This document shows positions 37,053-49,592 of a DNA stretch of 64,000 bases, piece by piece (position 1 is the stretch's first letter; each line of letters opens with the position of its first letter). Below the pieces are notes generated by a model that saw nothing but the letters and a program-made list of their open reading frames with translations, was not told the origin of the DNA and made no database searches. Source of the stretch: Octopus sinensis (lineage: Eukaryota). The DNA lies in the NCBI RefSeq assembly GCF_006345805.1, contig NC_043005.1, positions 40,982,001-41,046,000 of the forward strand, written 5' to 3'. A program made the translations under genes and the position numbers.

Positions 37053-38437
37053 ATACTCATACCAACATTTGGGCTGCTTGACTGGACACTTGATGAGGTC
37101 CGAGCCATTGATGTGAAAATCAGAAAAATACTAACAAGTGCACATAATTTCCCCATAAACAGTGACATAGACCACCTCTACCTAAAACAAAAACAAGGCA
37201 GCGGAGACTTAACAGCGATCCAAAATGCCTTTGAATGTCGCATCATATACCTTCGGCAACATCTTTTAACCACCAAATGTCGAAGTGTATTCTTTGACAA
37301 AGTTTGCGTACATGAGGCTAATAACATCATAAGATTCAGAAGGCAGCTCCTTGAGAAACATTCTTTGTCCAACAACCTAGAATAAATGTTCAAAGAAGTC
37401 ACATGACTCTACTGCAACATATCATCAGATGAAAGGATGAGACTACATGAGCAGAAGACTATGCATGGATATGTTAGTAAAAAGCTCCGAGATGATAGTA
37501 ACATCGATCATCAAAGCAGTTTATCATGGACCAATAGCCTTATTACTGCCACCTACTTTGAAGGGTATGCGTTTGCAATCCAGGTACAGGAAGTATCAAC
37601 CAAATACCTGATGCACAAAAAGGATAGAGATGTAGGAAAAGCAGTAAAATGTGACAACTGATGCAGACTTTGTGGAGTTCACACTGCAGATATCCCCTCA
37701 TCATAAGCAGTTGTCCGAAAATGTTATGGTATTATCTATCGATGAGACATAATGTTGTAGCAAGGACACTTTGTAATGAAATCCATCGGAAGGATAACCC
37801 TGAGAACAAAGAAATAAGAACCCACTGTATGGTAGATGCCATAGACACTCATAATAAAAAGGAGTATTGGTGGAATGTCCTAGTGAAGACCTCAATAAAA
37901 TGTAAGCACACCAGACCTGATATAATGATTTGGGATAGAGAAGAGAAACTGTCCACAGTTGTGGAAATTAGCTGCCCAGCAGATGTTAACATAAAATTGA
38001 AGATCAGTGAAAAAGAAAACACCTGAACTATTCAGAAATCTGTAGTTACTCTATCCAGATTACAAGTTCAGGTTTATACCTGTAATTATTGGGGTCCTAG
38101 GATTTGTAACACACTGCCTAAATACCAATCATGAGGAAATAGGCTTCTCAAAACCAGAAAAGAGAAGCTAATTTGAAGACTACAGATTCAACCCATCACT
38201 GGAACTAAAAATCTGTAAAACTTCCCAGAATTATTTTATCATTTAAATATATATGAGTATGTCTAGATATTCAACTATACACATGAGAATACATACATAA
38301 AGCAAAACATATAAATCTGCACACATACATAATACATTCATACATACATACATACATACATACATACATACATACATACATACATACATACATACTACAT
38401 ACATACATACATACATGTATATATACATACATACATA
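37053..38437 (+). mobile_element. 5'-truncated R4/Dong-like non-LTR retrotransposon (RLE type), decayed
   Basis: ILIPTFGLLDWT...SDIDHLYLKQKQGSGDL (RLYLPRxxGGRGL-like), CRLCG..IISSCP CCHC knuckle, RHNVVA, RPDIMIWDREEK..VVEISCP (PD-(D/E)xK nuclease). ORF ends at TAA ~38244-38246, followed by a short UTR and (taca)n. Confidence 0.85.
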
Positions 38438-39693
38438 CAGGAGTTGGACAAAATAATGGAAACACCTAGTATCATAGCATCATAGCATCATAATTTTGAA
38501 ATAGCTATAAAACCATCAAAAGCTTGTTTGTTTTTATGTTTTTTGATTTATTATTAGTGCTGCTTAATATATTTTGCTAAAATTGCTGTTTCTTTTCAGA
38601 TATCATCAGAAAAAGGTAATTAAAATTCATTAAAATGACAGATCTATCAACTTTCAAAGAGGTTAAATTGTTGGGTACTTTGTATGGCAGGCGTTTGTAT
38701 AATGAAAACAGCCAAAGAGTTTGGTGTATCAAGAATTACTGTCTTGAAAGTAATGACAGCCTTTGAGAAAGAGGGAAAAACCTCCTTGTCAAAACAAAAC
38801 TCAGGAAGAAAACCAAAACTTTCAGATAGGAACTGTCAGACTTTTATGTGAATTGTTAGAAAGGATCACAAAAGTACAGCTCCCAAAATTATTTCAGAGC
38901 ATAATGATCACCTTGAGAACCCAGTTTCCACAAAAACTGCTTGCTCGGAGCTGCACAAAGCCAGATTTCAGAGGAGGGCTGCAATCAGAAAACCACTACT
39001 TTCAAGAACAAACATTGCAAAGTGTTTAGAGTGGAGTAAAAACCTACAGAATTGGTCTCTAGAGCAGTGGAAGAATGTTATTTTCTCAGACAAGTCATCC
39101 TTTACCTTATTTCCAACTACCAGCTGAGTATTCATGTGGATACAGCCAAATGAAGCATTTTATCCAGACTACCTTAAACATGGGGGAGGAGCTATGATGA
39201 TCTAGGAGTGGGGCTATATCTTGGAAATCCGCAGGTCCAATGGTTTCCCTTCATGGCAGAATTAATAGTCAAGACTATTTAAGCATTTTATCTGATCAAA
39301 TACATCCTATGGTTGTGAAACTGTTTCCAGAGGGAAACATAATCTTTCAGGATGATAATGCATCAATTCACACAGCTAAAATTGTTACTGAATGGCACAA
39401 GGAACATTCTGGTGAAGTTGAACATCCTATCTGGTCACTACAGTCCCCAGATCTCAATATTATCGATTATTTATACTGCATTTTAGAAAAACAAACAAGG
39501 AGTTGATATCCTCCACCATCATCACTTCAAGAACTGGAGACTGTTTTAGCTGAGGAATGGACAATTCAAACTTTGTACGAGTCCATACTTCGTAGAAGTC
39601 AAGGTGTATTTACTGGTAAAGGCGGTCCCACCCCATATTAAAATTAATTTGTTCGAAATTTTAAGGTGTTTTCATTATTTTGTCCAACCCCTG
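38438..39693 (+). mobile_element. Tc1-like transposon, full length, defective transposase, DD36E-type spacing
   Basis: TA|caggagttggacaaaataatggaaacacct ... aggtgttttcattattttgtccaacccctg|TA. Motifs VIFSDKSSF, FQDDNASIH, SPDLNII(D) and GGPTPY*. Several frameshifts and stops. Confidence 0.93.
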
Positions 39694-39727
<34 letters not shown>

Positions 39728-39765
39728 CACACATGCGTGCACACACATGCATACACACACACATA

Positions 39766-39988
39766 AGTAAGTATATAAATGTAAAGCAAGGTGAGAAAGA
39801 TAGTACTTGAATACCAAAGGTAGAGTAATATGCTTTTTATCAAACCTGAAAAAGTCTTCACTATATACCGTAGTAAGCACATAAATGTGAAACAAGGTGG
39901 AAAAAAGAGTACTCAAATACCAGAGGTAGAGTAATATGCTTTATTTAAAAGCAGCAGAAATATAACAAAAGCTGGCTTTTAAATAAAG
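39766..39988. mobile_element. Penelope-like LTR fragment(s): tandem copy plus short fold-back
   Basis: ~75-bp direct repeat at 39766/39871; 14-bp IR 39939-39952 / 39975-39988; near-identical copy at 51086-51187. The Penelope assignment is an inference. Confidence 0.45.
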
Positions 39989-40373
39989 TATATATATATA
40001 TGTATATGTTCTCTTAATTCAGAGTGAACTTGGTAGCAAGGTTGTGAAGGAAAGCCTCTTGTTTTAACCATTATACTTTAAATCTTTAGAAGGTCTTGCA
40101 GATTTTTATTGTCCCTGATATTGTGATTACTTGTAGCATATGAATTAAGAATTTGCATTCACTCCCCAAAGAAACCAAGTTCAGCCACTCTTTGCTCCAG
40201 ACAGGGTTGTATGTATCCTGTTACTCCAGTAATAATGGGTATCAGGTGGAAAGTGCATTGTTAGATGTCCTCTGTCTCATGCATTTTTCTAACCACATGT
40301 ATGCACATATCTATTTAAGTGTGTATGTGTGTGTGTTTGCCTACCACCACAAGAAGAAGAAGAAGGAAATAAC

Positions 40374-40411
<38 letters not shown>

Positions 40412-41059
40412 TGATGATGAGAAGAAGAAGAAGAAGAAGAAGAAGAAGAAAAGAGGGGGATGTTGGGAGGATCTACTCAACTGTGTTTCGTTGGAATATG
40501 GCTGGGAGAACTGTTTCTTTTCATTCATTGATTGGTTAGTTCGATCTAATTAAACATCAGAATGTGGCCTGTTTTATTACTTGAATCAACATTTGGTAAT
40601 GTGATTTTGTGATTTATGTAGAACAAATTGCAGCCCCTGGTAAAATGGTTTTAGATTTTAAATGTGTGATTGAATTAACTTCCTAACTGGGACCACACCA
40701 TCTTCATTTACCTGCTTGACCTTCAGCTCACAATGATGCCTCTATGCATGTCTTGAACTTGTTAGAAATAACAACCACATCTCCCTCAAATTTTTCTTCT
40801 ACCTCTTAAAATTGAGGTCATTGGTAAGTGTATTTCTGGATACACTATGGTTGAAAAAGAAAAGAAAGAACAGGATGGTCACAGCTTGAATATCTTTGAC
40901 AATAGCCTCAATTTGATCAATATTGAACTGGGATCTGAGCAAAAGCTTCCTTATATGATTTGGAAGAGAGGTTCACCTCCATTGAAAAATATATGGTTAA
41001 TAAGAATTTCTTACACTGGTACAAGTTCCCAAATCATTTTGGTGGAAAAGCGCATAGCC

Positions 41060-41200
41060 AATTGACATGATCCGAATATATTCCTGATACATATTTTATG
41101 AAACTCAGAAAGATGAGAGCAAATTTGGTTCACAACAGGACTTCAGCTCATATTGCAGAAGAAGTTAGATATTTAGTATGACAATCTTTTGTTCATGCTA
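41060..41200 (+). pseudogene. Very decayed Tc1/mariner transposase fragment
   Basis: With frameshifts reads IWF/QQD/SAHIAEEVRYL, resembling WFQQDGAxAHTA. Confidence 0.3.
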
Positions 41201-41408
41201 CTCAATCCACTTAATCATAATGATAATCCTTTCTACTATAGGCACAAAGCCTGAAATTTGAGGAAAGTGCTAGTTGATTTTCTCGATCCAAAGTTGACCT
41301 TTGTGGAATTTGAACTCAAAATGTTAAGAGGGATGAAACGCTACCAAGCATTTTGTCTGGTATGCTATCAGTTCTGCCAGCATGCACAGTCTTGATAATA
41401 ATAATAAT

Positions 41409-41448
<40 letters not shown>

Positions 41449-42823
41449 TACAGGAAGTGCAAAAAATCCTGTCAACTGGAACAGCTCATGTACTGAGAAG
41501 AGCATTATCACTGTGAAAACAACATCCATTCATGAATTTATTTATTTATTAATTTTTTAAATATATATTTTACCTGTGAATTTGCGTGTGTAATTTGGGA
41601 ATGCATACAATGAGGTTCTCTGCCCTAGGTGTATGGAAAACACTCGGCGAGAAACGGAAGAAAATTTGAAGAAAGATGGAAAAAAAAAATAATAATAACA
41701 ATAATAATAACAACAATAATAATAACAACAATGCTAATAATAATCCTTTGTACTATAGGTACAAGGCCTGGAACTTGAGGTGAGGGGGGATCGTCAATCA
41801 CATCGAGTCCAGTACTTGACTGGTTGCTTAATTTATCAATTGTGGAAGGATGACAGGCATAGTTGACCTCAGCGGAATTTGAATTCAGAAAGTAAAGATG
41901 GACAAAATGCTGCTAAGTGTGTTGTTCCCTCACCTGTCTTTGTCTTTTGTTATCTGTGCATTTGAGCTATATGAACCTTGAGGACAGGTTAATGTTGATG
42001 AAATCCAAGTTAACTCTCACTGAACAGATATATGATTAAAAGAATCCCAAATAGTAATTCCCTTTTTACATATTTGGTTTTCAAATAGGTATACAAAGAT
42101 TATCTGGTGTGTTCTTCCTTTTTTAAATCTGTTGATGAAATTTGAAGAAGGAAAGTTAGCAATTATTTCTAACAGGCTGAATAACCATTTTGCAGCTACT
42201 TCATTGGCTCATCAGGAAAAAGTCGAAAATATATAATTGGGTCACTCTTGGCCTTTCTTAAAGAAATGACTACTGAATAAACAGAGCTGATTTCAACAAA
42301 GTGTGCATATTGGCTAGTTAGCAGTATGGACAAATACTTTCAGATATATGTGATGTATCACAATGGATGCACAAATCTAACCATACTTATGCTAACAGTA
42401 CTATTTGTCCACTGCATATTTTCATCAAAGAGCATTTATATCTAAATGCATTGTCAGCAAAGAAAAAAATGCTTAAAGTATTTATATACTTTAACAGGGA
42501 AGTCACAGTTATGATTAAAACTGTTAAACAGAAATGACAGCAACTGAAGAAGCAAAGAGGTGATCTTCGTCAAATGTCTTAAACCAGAGTTTAACAACTG
42601 CTGTCCACAGAATGGCTTTCATTGGTTGATTTGAACTTGCTATGTATGTTATATTGGTTTTCTTTTGTGTTGTTTTATTGTCACAGCTTATTTTCTTGTG
42701 GTATTCATGATTAGGACTTTTGCAGAAAAAGAAATAAATATCTTTTCTTTTATTCCTTTACAAAAATTGCTTTTTTTGTGAGAGTGTGTGTTGAGTGTGT
42801 GTGTGTGTGTATGTGTGTGGATG

Positions 42824-42882
<59 letters not shown>

Positions 42883-43594
42883 TACAGTGTGACATCCATT
42901 TATTCACACCAGCATAGATGAGATTGGTTTTTGTAAATTTGTACACTTGAAAATAAGTTGTCCAATCGTCTTTAGAACTGAATATTGAGAAGCTCTGGTA
43001 TTTGTGAAAGAGCCATGTCTTTCTTTCTCTTTTTTTTGTAACAAACAGAGTTGGTATCCTTTTCTCAAAAGCATCACAATACCAGTACTGTTTTTAGTAA
43101 GTTTTACATTAACCTCACATTCAGTGGACTTTTATATCTGAATATATATATGGCTGCACACCTACGAATTTGTTGTAAGAGTGGTGAAAGTAACCTATAT
43201 GCATTGACCTACTCTTATCATCTCCCTGTAGACTGAAGAACGCAACAGAAAAAGGGCAAGTTTTTTTTTTGATTGGTTACAGTAATCCTGAATCTTTGAG
43301 TTCTTTGACTGACCCCCAATGATTGTCTCCCTTTTGAGACCTTTAATCTCTTTCCCTTTCAGCACTTTTCTACCTATTCTGTTCCATAATCAGTTTTACA
43401 GCACACTCTGCCATTGGTTTTTATAATCTTTCCTTGCAAAATCCCCTCATCTGTTACTCTTGTGGCAATAATAAATAAAGGGCTGTTGTTGTTATTATTA
43501 TTATTATTATTATCATCATCATCATCATCATCATCATTATTATTATTATATTATTATTATTATTATATTATTATTATTATTACTATTACTAAGC

Positions 43595-44579
43595 TGATGT
43601 GTGGCAAAATCCTTAGCATGCTGGACAAACCGCTTAGTGGTATTTTGCCCATCACTACGTTCTGAGTTCAAATTCCACTGAGGTTGACTATGCCTTTCAT
43701 TATTTTGGGGTTGATAAAATAAGTACCAGTTGAACACTGGGATCGATGTAATCAACTCATCCCCTCCCCCCAAATTGCTGCCTTTGTGGCAGAATTCAAT
43801 ATCTTTATCATTATTGTTATTACTATTATTAGTAGTAGTATTATTATTAAGCTGGTGAGCTGGACTGTTGGGCCTCACAGTGGCAATGACAAATGACTGA
43901 GGCCAAATAAAATCGCAGTCATAGCAGATACTGGTGTCATGCAAATGGCAACCATGTTGGTGGTACGTAAAAGCACCCATTACACTCTCAGAGTGGTTGG
44001 TGTTAGGAAGGGTACATCCAGCTGTAGAAACCATGCCAAATCAAATTGGAGTTTGGTGCAGCCTTCCAGCTTGCCAGTCCTGGTGAAACCATCCAACCCA
44101 TGCCAGTATGGACAATGGACATTAAATGATGCTAATTATCATCATCATCATCATCATCATAATAATTATTATTATTAGATAATAAGAAGAGCATGATAAT
44201 TTTGAATTTTTATCATTTTTAATTTTGAATTTGACAAAGACAGGTTAGCTGTCAAAATATCATTCAACCAATAAAATATCCATTCCAATCACATTGCACT
44301 CTTTGTATTGTCTATTTACCTTTGTGAAGAGTTATATTAATCCTTTTAAAATATCATTATTATTATTATTATTATTATTACGGCAGTGAGCTGGCAGAAT
44401 CATTAGCATGCTGGGCAAAATGCTTAGTGGCATTTCGTCCATCTTCATATTCTAAGTTTAAATTCTGCTGATGTCAACTTTGCCTTTCATTCTTTTGGGG
44501 TCAATACAGTGCAACAATGTAATCGACTAGTCCCCTCCCCACAAATTTCAGGCCTTATGCCTTCAGTAGAAGGAATTAA

Positions 44580-44642
<63 letters not shown>

Positions 44643-44855
44643 CATTATTGAGCTGGCAGAGTCGTTAGCATACTGGGTAAAATGCTTAGTGGTATTTTGT
44701 CTTGCTATGTTCTAAGTTCAAATTCTGCTGAGGTTGACTTTTCCTTTCATCCTTTTAGAGTTGATAAATTAAGTACCAGTTGAGTACTGGGGTCAATATA
44801 ATCGATTCACCCCTCCTCCAAATTTCAGACCTTGTGTCTATAGTAGAAAGGATTA
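43595..44855 (+). mobile_element. Cluster of (ATT)n-associated SINEs (family C)
   Basis: Copies at 43595-43800, 44385-44575 and 44650-44855 share gttcaaattccRctgaggttgactttgcctttcatcctttYggggtYgataaaataagtaccagt. Further copies at ~9490-9935, 24905-25135, 27860-28075, 31785-31925 and 41230-41920. Confidence 0.8.
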
Positions 44856-45013
44856 TTTATTGAGTGAGAGAGCAGTGTATGCCATCAAAGTGACATTGGG
44901 GTAAAATATACAAAGCCCAGTATACCTATCATGACTACCCATCTGATAAGGATACACCAGGCACATGCATCAGAACTACATGCATGCAAGATAAACAATA
45001 TCAAGACAAACAG

Positions 45014-45134
45014 TGCATCACAGAACTCCAGGAGACTAGTTCCAGCTTCATTTCTGGTACCAACCCCATGGCCTCCGTGTACACCATGGAAGATATCAGG
45101 CTGCTGTCTAGCTGAATAGCCTGTTGTTGCCAGT
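45014..45134 (-). pseudogene. RTE LINE apurinic endonuclease fragment
   Basis: QPDIFHGVHGGHGVGTRNEAGTSLLEFCDA matches the RTE GxxGxGxRNxxGxxLLEFC motif. Confidence 0.75.
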
Positions 45135-45612
45135 CAATTTTTACAATAGAATGTCTCATATGAATTTTTGTTTATTTCATGCCTTCCCTGATCAGGCTTC
45201 TTGATCAAGACAAATTTGTGCATTTTTCGCAAAAAACTTCATTGAGGATTTTTTTCCTTTTAAAATTACTTACATGTCTGTTCAACCATTTCACATGACT
45301 TTATTCATTAGCACCTATTAAAACTTCAGAAATTCTTACAACTTTAGTTGTTGTAATGCCTTGCTTTCATTTGTTTAATAACGTACACAAAGGTAATCAT
45401 GAGTTTAAAATTGTGTGTAGTAGACATAGGTATTTATGTATGTATGTATGTATGTATGTTTGTGTGTGTGTCTGTGTGTAAGTTTTTTTTTACAATGGAC
45501 AGCAAAAATCCAGCTACCCTCTTTCTCTTTAAAGCTTCATATTTCTCACACACTCCTTTCTTACCCTTCCTTGGTGTTTTAAAAGTTAGTTATGTGTATG
45601 TGCATGTGTGTA

Positions 45613-45658
<46 letters not shown>

Positions 45659-46042
45659 CATGCATGTATCTATGTATTTATGAAAGTATGTATGCAGCCT
45701 CATGTGTATATCCACGAAGGACAGCTGTTTTAACGTTTTCATCCCACTGCCACACCATATTTGTCACTTAAACAACACTGTTGTGCCCTTCCTTGATATC
45801 AGCCACATTCATTTTGTTACCAGATTTTCCTCACCCTAACACTTTTTGCATCCTTCTCATTTTATCAAATAATAGCCCAACCACACCATTATAGAATTTT
45901 ATTGAAATCCAATTAGCTTGTAATTGAACTGGATGTTAGTTTAACAAGTATGCAAAATTTCATCAAGATTGGTTCACTGGTGTCGGCAGCAAGATGGTAA
46001 CAAACATGATTGACAGACAGAAATTGCCATTTATGTATAAGA

Positions 46043-46085
<43 letters not shown>

Positions 46086-46121
46086 CTATCTATCTATCTA
46101 TCTATCTATCCATCTATCTAT

Positions 46122-46173
<52 letters not shown>

Positions 46174-46631
46174 CTATATAGCACATAAAGAAATCCATAA
46201 ATATGCCTGTTCAAGTATCACAACAGCATGAAACTATTAGTAGCTTTTTCGGTTGTTACTTAATTTCATATATACCTATACACACACACTCTCTCTCTCT
46301 TTCACACACACAAACACACACACACAGACACACACACATATACACTCACAAACTGAAAAGAAGAGGAAAATCATATTTTTCCTTTTTTACCCCTTCCACT
46401 GTAGGTAATTCTTCTTATCCTTCTAGCAATACTGTCTCCATGGAATTCCATGTCACTTGTATGCCACACAGATAAACTTTCACATTCCGCATCACCAACA
46501 TACTAACAGGATCAATAAACAGTAATAAGTAACACTATCTTATACTTACAAACAGCAGCATGAATGAACCTAAAGAAACAAAAAAACAACAGAAACAGCT
46601 GTGGTCGTCGTGATGGCGGTGGTGTTGGTAG

Positions 46632-46790
46632 TTTAAATTCCGCTGAGGTCGACTCTGCCTTTCATCCTTTCGGGGTCGATAAATTAAGTACCAGTTACGC
46701 ACTGGGGTCGATGTAATCGACTTAATACCTATGTCTGTCCTTGTTTGTCCCCTCTATGTTTAGTCCCTTGTGGATAATAAAGAAATAGGT
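46632..46790 (+). mobile_element. Young 5'-truncated SINE family C
   Basis: CpG-intact gaggtcgactctgcctttcatcctttcggggtcgataaattaagtaccagttacgc..., ending aataaagaaataggta. Confidence 0.75.
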
Positions 46791-47419
46791 AATGGCAGAA
46801 TGCAAGAGGGGGTAGGTAATATGGTGGTAGTGGTAGGTAAGGCATTTGGATTCTGACTTTTATTATCTTTGATCAATCAGGACTTTTAAATCCATTTGAA
46901 AAGAAGACATCACACACACATACACACACACGCACAATTACATGTACACACATGTAAATTTCTTTTTTAGTTGAAGCCACATTACTCAAGGGCATCAACT
47001 TCAACAGTCTTGTACAGACTAAGCAGATAGCATATATAACTTCATTTCATGTGCCATATACAGAAGAGAGGATCTGAAACATTCTCTTATGGTGGAGAGA
47101 GTCAAAAGCTTTAGTAAAATCCACAAAGATGTCACACAAAGATGGCATACAAAGTTAACACACAAAGATTTTATTTCTTTTTTTGAAGCCAGATAGTTTC
47201 AAAGAATCAATGAAGAATTAAAATAGGATGACCTCAACGTGAGTCAAATAGCCAGCCACATGAGTTGTATTGTGTAAAAAACATCCTACATGTGGGCTGG
47301 CAAACTGAAGAACCACTGCAATAAGTCTGTGAATCTGAGAGGAGAATATGTTGAATAAAGTCATAATTAACTGATCCTCCTGTATTTTCTTTTATATATA
47401 TTTTTTTCTTTTACACACA

Positions 47420-47466
<47 letters not shown>

Positions 47467-47663
47467 ATTACCAATTACACTCTTGGAGTGGTTGGCATTA
47501 GTAAGAGCATCCAGCTGTAGTAGAAACCATGTCAAATCAGACTTGAACCTGGTGCAGCTCTCTGGTTTACCAGTTCCAGCCAAACTATCTAACAACCCAT
47601 GCCAGCAAGGAAAGCAAACGTTAGATGATGATGATGATGATGATGATGATACATGAATATACA

Positions 47664-47708
<45 letters not shown>

Positions 47709-47726
47709 TATATACACATATATATG

Positions 47727-47993
47727 TGGAGGCGCAATGGCCTAGTGGTTAGGGCAGCAGACTCGCGGTCGCAGGATCGCGGTTTCGATTCCCAGACCGG
47801 GCTTTGTGAGTGTTTATCGAGCGAAAACACCTAAAAGCTCCACGAGGCTCCGGCAGGGGGTGGTGATCCCTGCTGTACTCTTTCTTCTGTTGGCCTGCTT
47901 GCTTAACCAGCGGGGTGGCGTCATTCGAAGGCTAAAACAATGCGAACGCATTGTGACCAGCGATGTGTAACAACATCTGATGGTCTGGTCGGT

Positions 47994-48000
<7 letters not shown>
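47727..48000 (+). mobile_element. Young tRNA-headed SINE inserted in (TA)n
   Basis: A box tggcctagtgg and B box-like ggtttcgattccc. The 3' end ...gaccagcgatgtgtaacaacatctgatggtctggtcggtcacgtga is shared with 8238-8340 and 33490-33610. Confidence 0.85.
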
Positions 48001-48030
<30 letters not shown>

Positions 48031-48121
48031 ATTTACTTGGAAGAGGAATCATGGTGTTCAATCATATAATAATATAAATAATATATATGCATATATACAT
48101 ACGTCTGTACTTATATATATA

Positions 48122-48720
48122 TATATATGCATATGTGGGCACAGGATGTCACAAAATGTGTACAACAAAAAATATAAAGTACGAGTACATGGAATATGAA
48201 CTATTTTTTTGAACAATAAAAGACACAAATGGAAAACAAGACAAACAACGACCCTTCATCAGTTGTTTGCTGTTTTCTACTCTTGTATTTCATGCCTTTC
48301 AAAACAAGATACACTTTCGATAAGACAGTTGCTCCTGAAAATCAAATTAAATAAAATTTGGGATTTTGTAGAGGGTCAAAATTGGTAATAAAAACAGGAC
48401 AGTGAAAGCAAACAGGAAGGGCTGCTAAGCCTAAATGAGGAGACAGACAAGAACACATCTTCCTTGATTCAGCTACAATGGAGAGAAAGAAAGAAACACA
48501 AGTTAGGAGAAGAAAGGAAGAGGGTGGATGGTCACGTGGGGACCACATGAGCAAGGGAGGAAGAGTGAGGAAGAGAGAGTGATAGACAGAGAACTGTGAC
48601 AGGGAGAGGATAAAATTTGGAGACTGGATAAGTGTGAAATAGGGGGAGAAGGGGAGAAGGGGAGGTAGAAGAATAAGAGAAAGGAAGAGAGAAAAAATGG
48701 TGCCCACATATGCATATATA
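48122..48720 (-). mobile_element. Repeat bounded by a 21-bp terminal inverted repeat (probable Penelope-like end)
   Basis: tatatatgcatatgtgggcac (48122-48142) and gtgcccacatatgcatatata (48700-48720). Confidence 0.5.
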
Positions 48721-48793
48721 TATATATGTATATATGTATAGATGTATGTCCATATACGTATGCATATATGCATATATATATATATTATTTATA

Positions 48794-49308
48794 TCTATAT
48801 ATATAAAACTGTAGTTGTGTGAGTGTCTGTCTCCTACGATTTAGATTCCTAACTCCTCTCACATTTTGCGATGCAGTTTAACCAAATTCGGGTATCTTAT
48901 AGCCGTGATTAATATCGAGCCCGTCTGGCTATTAGCGCGCGTCTACGATGAGTCTATGATTTTAAAAATAATTTAACATCATTTTTTATTTCATTTTAAT
49001 GCATAATTTTTCGTGTGTCGATGGCGGCGGAGTTGGCGTCCACGGTCACACCTGCACCTGTGTTTGCTTCTCCCCCTTCGTCCCTCCCTCGTGAAGCTGT
49101 GGGGAAGGGAGTTTAAGGAAATCAACGTCGTAATGTGTTGTCAAGGAGACCAGCGTTCTTTTAGAACAACGACTTCATGGCTTGAAGACACCAAAACAGA
49201 AATGGCTAAGAAAGCCCGAATTGGCATCTATAAAGGAAGTAACTCTCTAAAAATACTTATATAGTTATTTCCCTTACAAACCCGAGCAACGCCGGGCGAT
49301 ACTACTAG
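48794..49308 (+). mobile_element. Non-autonomous Helitron with a GC-rich internal insert
   Basis: A|TC...CTAG|T; hairpin cccgagcaacgccggg at 49281-49296; both ends homologous to 10482-10876; insert at 49013-49228. Confidence 0.88.
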
Positions 49309-49512
49309 TTATATATATATGTATGTGTGTATTTATATGTGTGTGTGAATATATGTATATATATATATATATATATCTGTGTGTGTGTGTGTGCATGTGT
49401 GTATGTGTGTATATATATACATATATTTAATCAAATCGAACATTAAAAATAATAAAACAGAAGGATGTACATATGGAATGTATTAGCTTGACACTGAGTA
49501 AAGGTGGAGAAA

Positions 49513-49551
<39 letters not shown>

Positions 49552-49558
49552 TGTGCAT

Positions 49559-49592
<34 letters not shown>

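Noticed and set aside
47727-47800. Possible tRNA gene (also heads at ~22250-22325 and ~53590-53660)
   Set aside because: A/B boxes are present but there is no complete cloverleaf or acceptor stem, and the sequence continues into a multi-copy SINE body.
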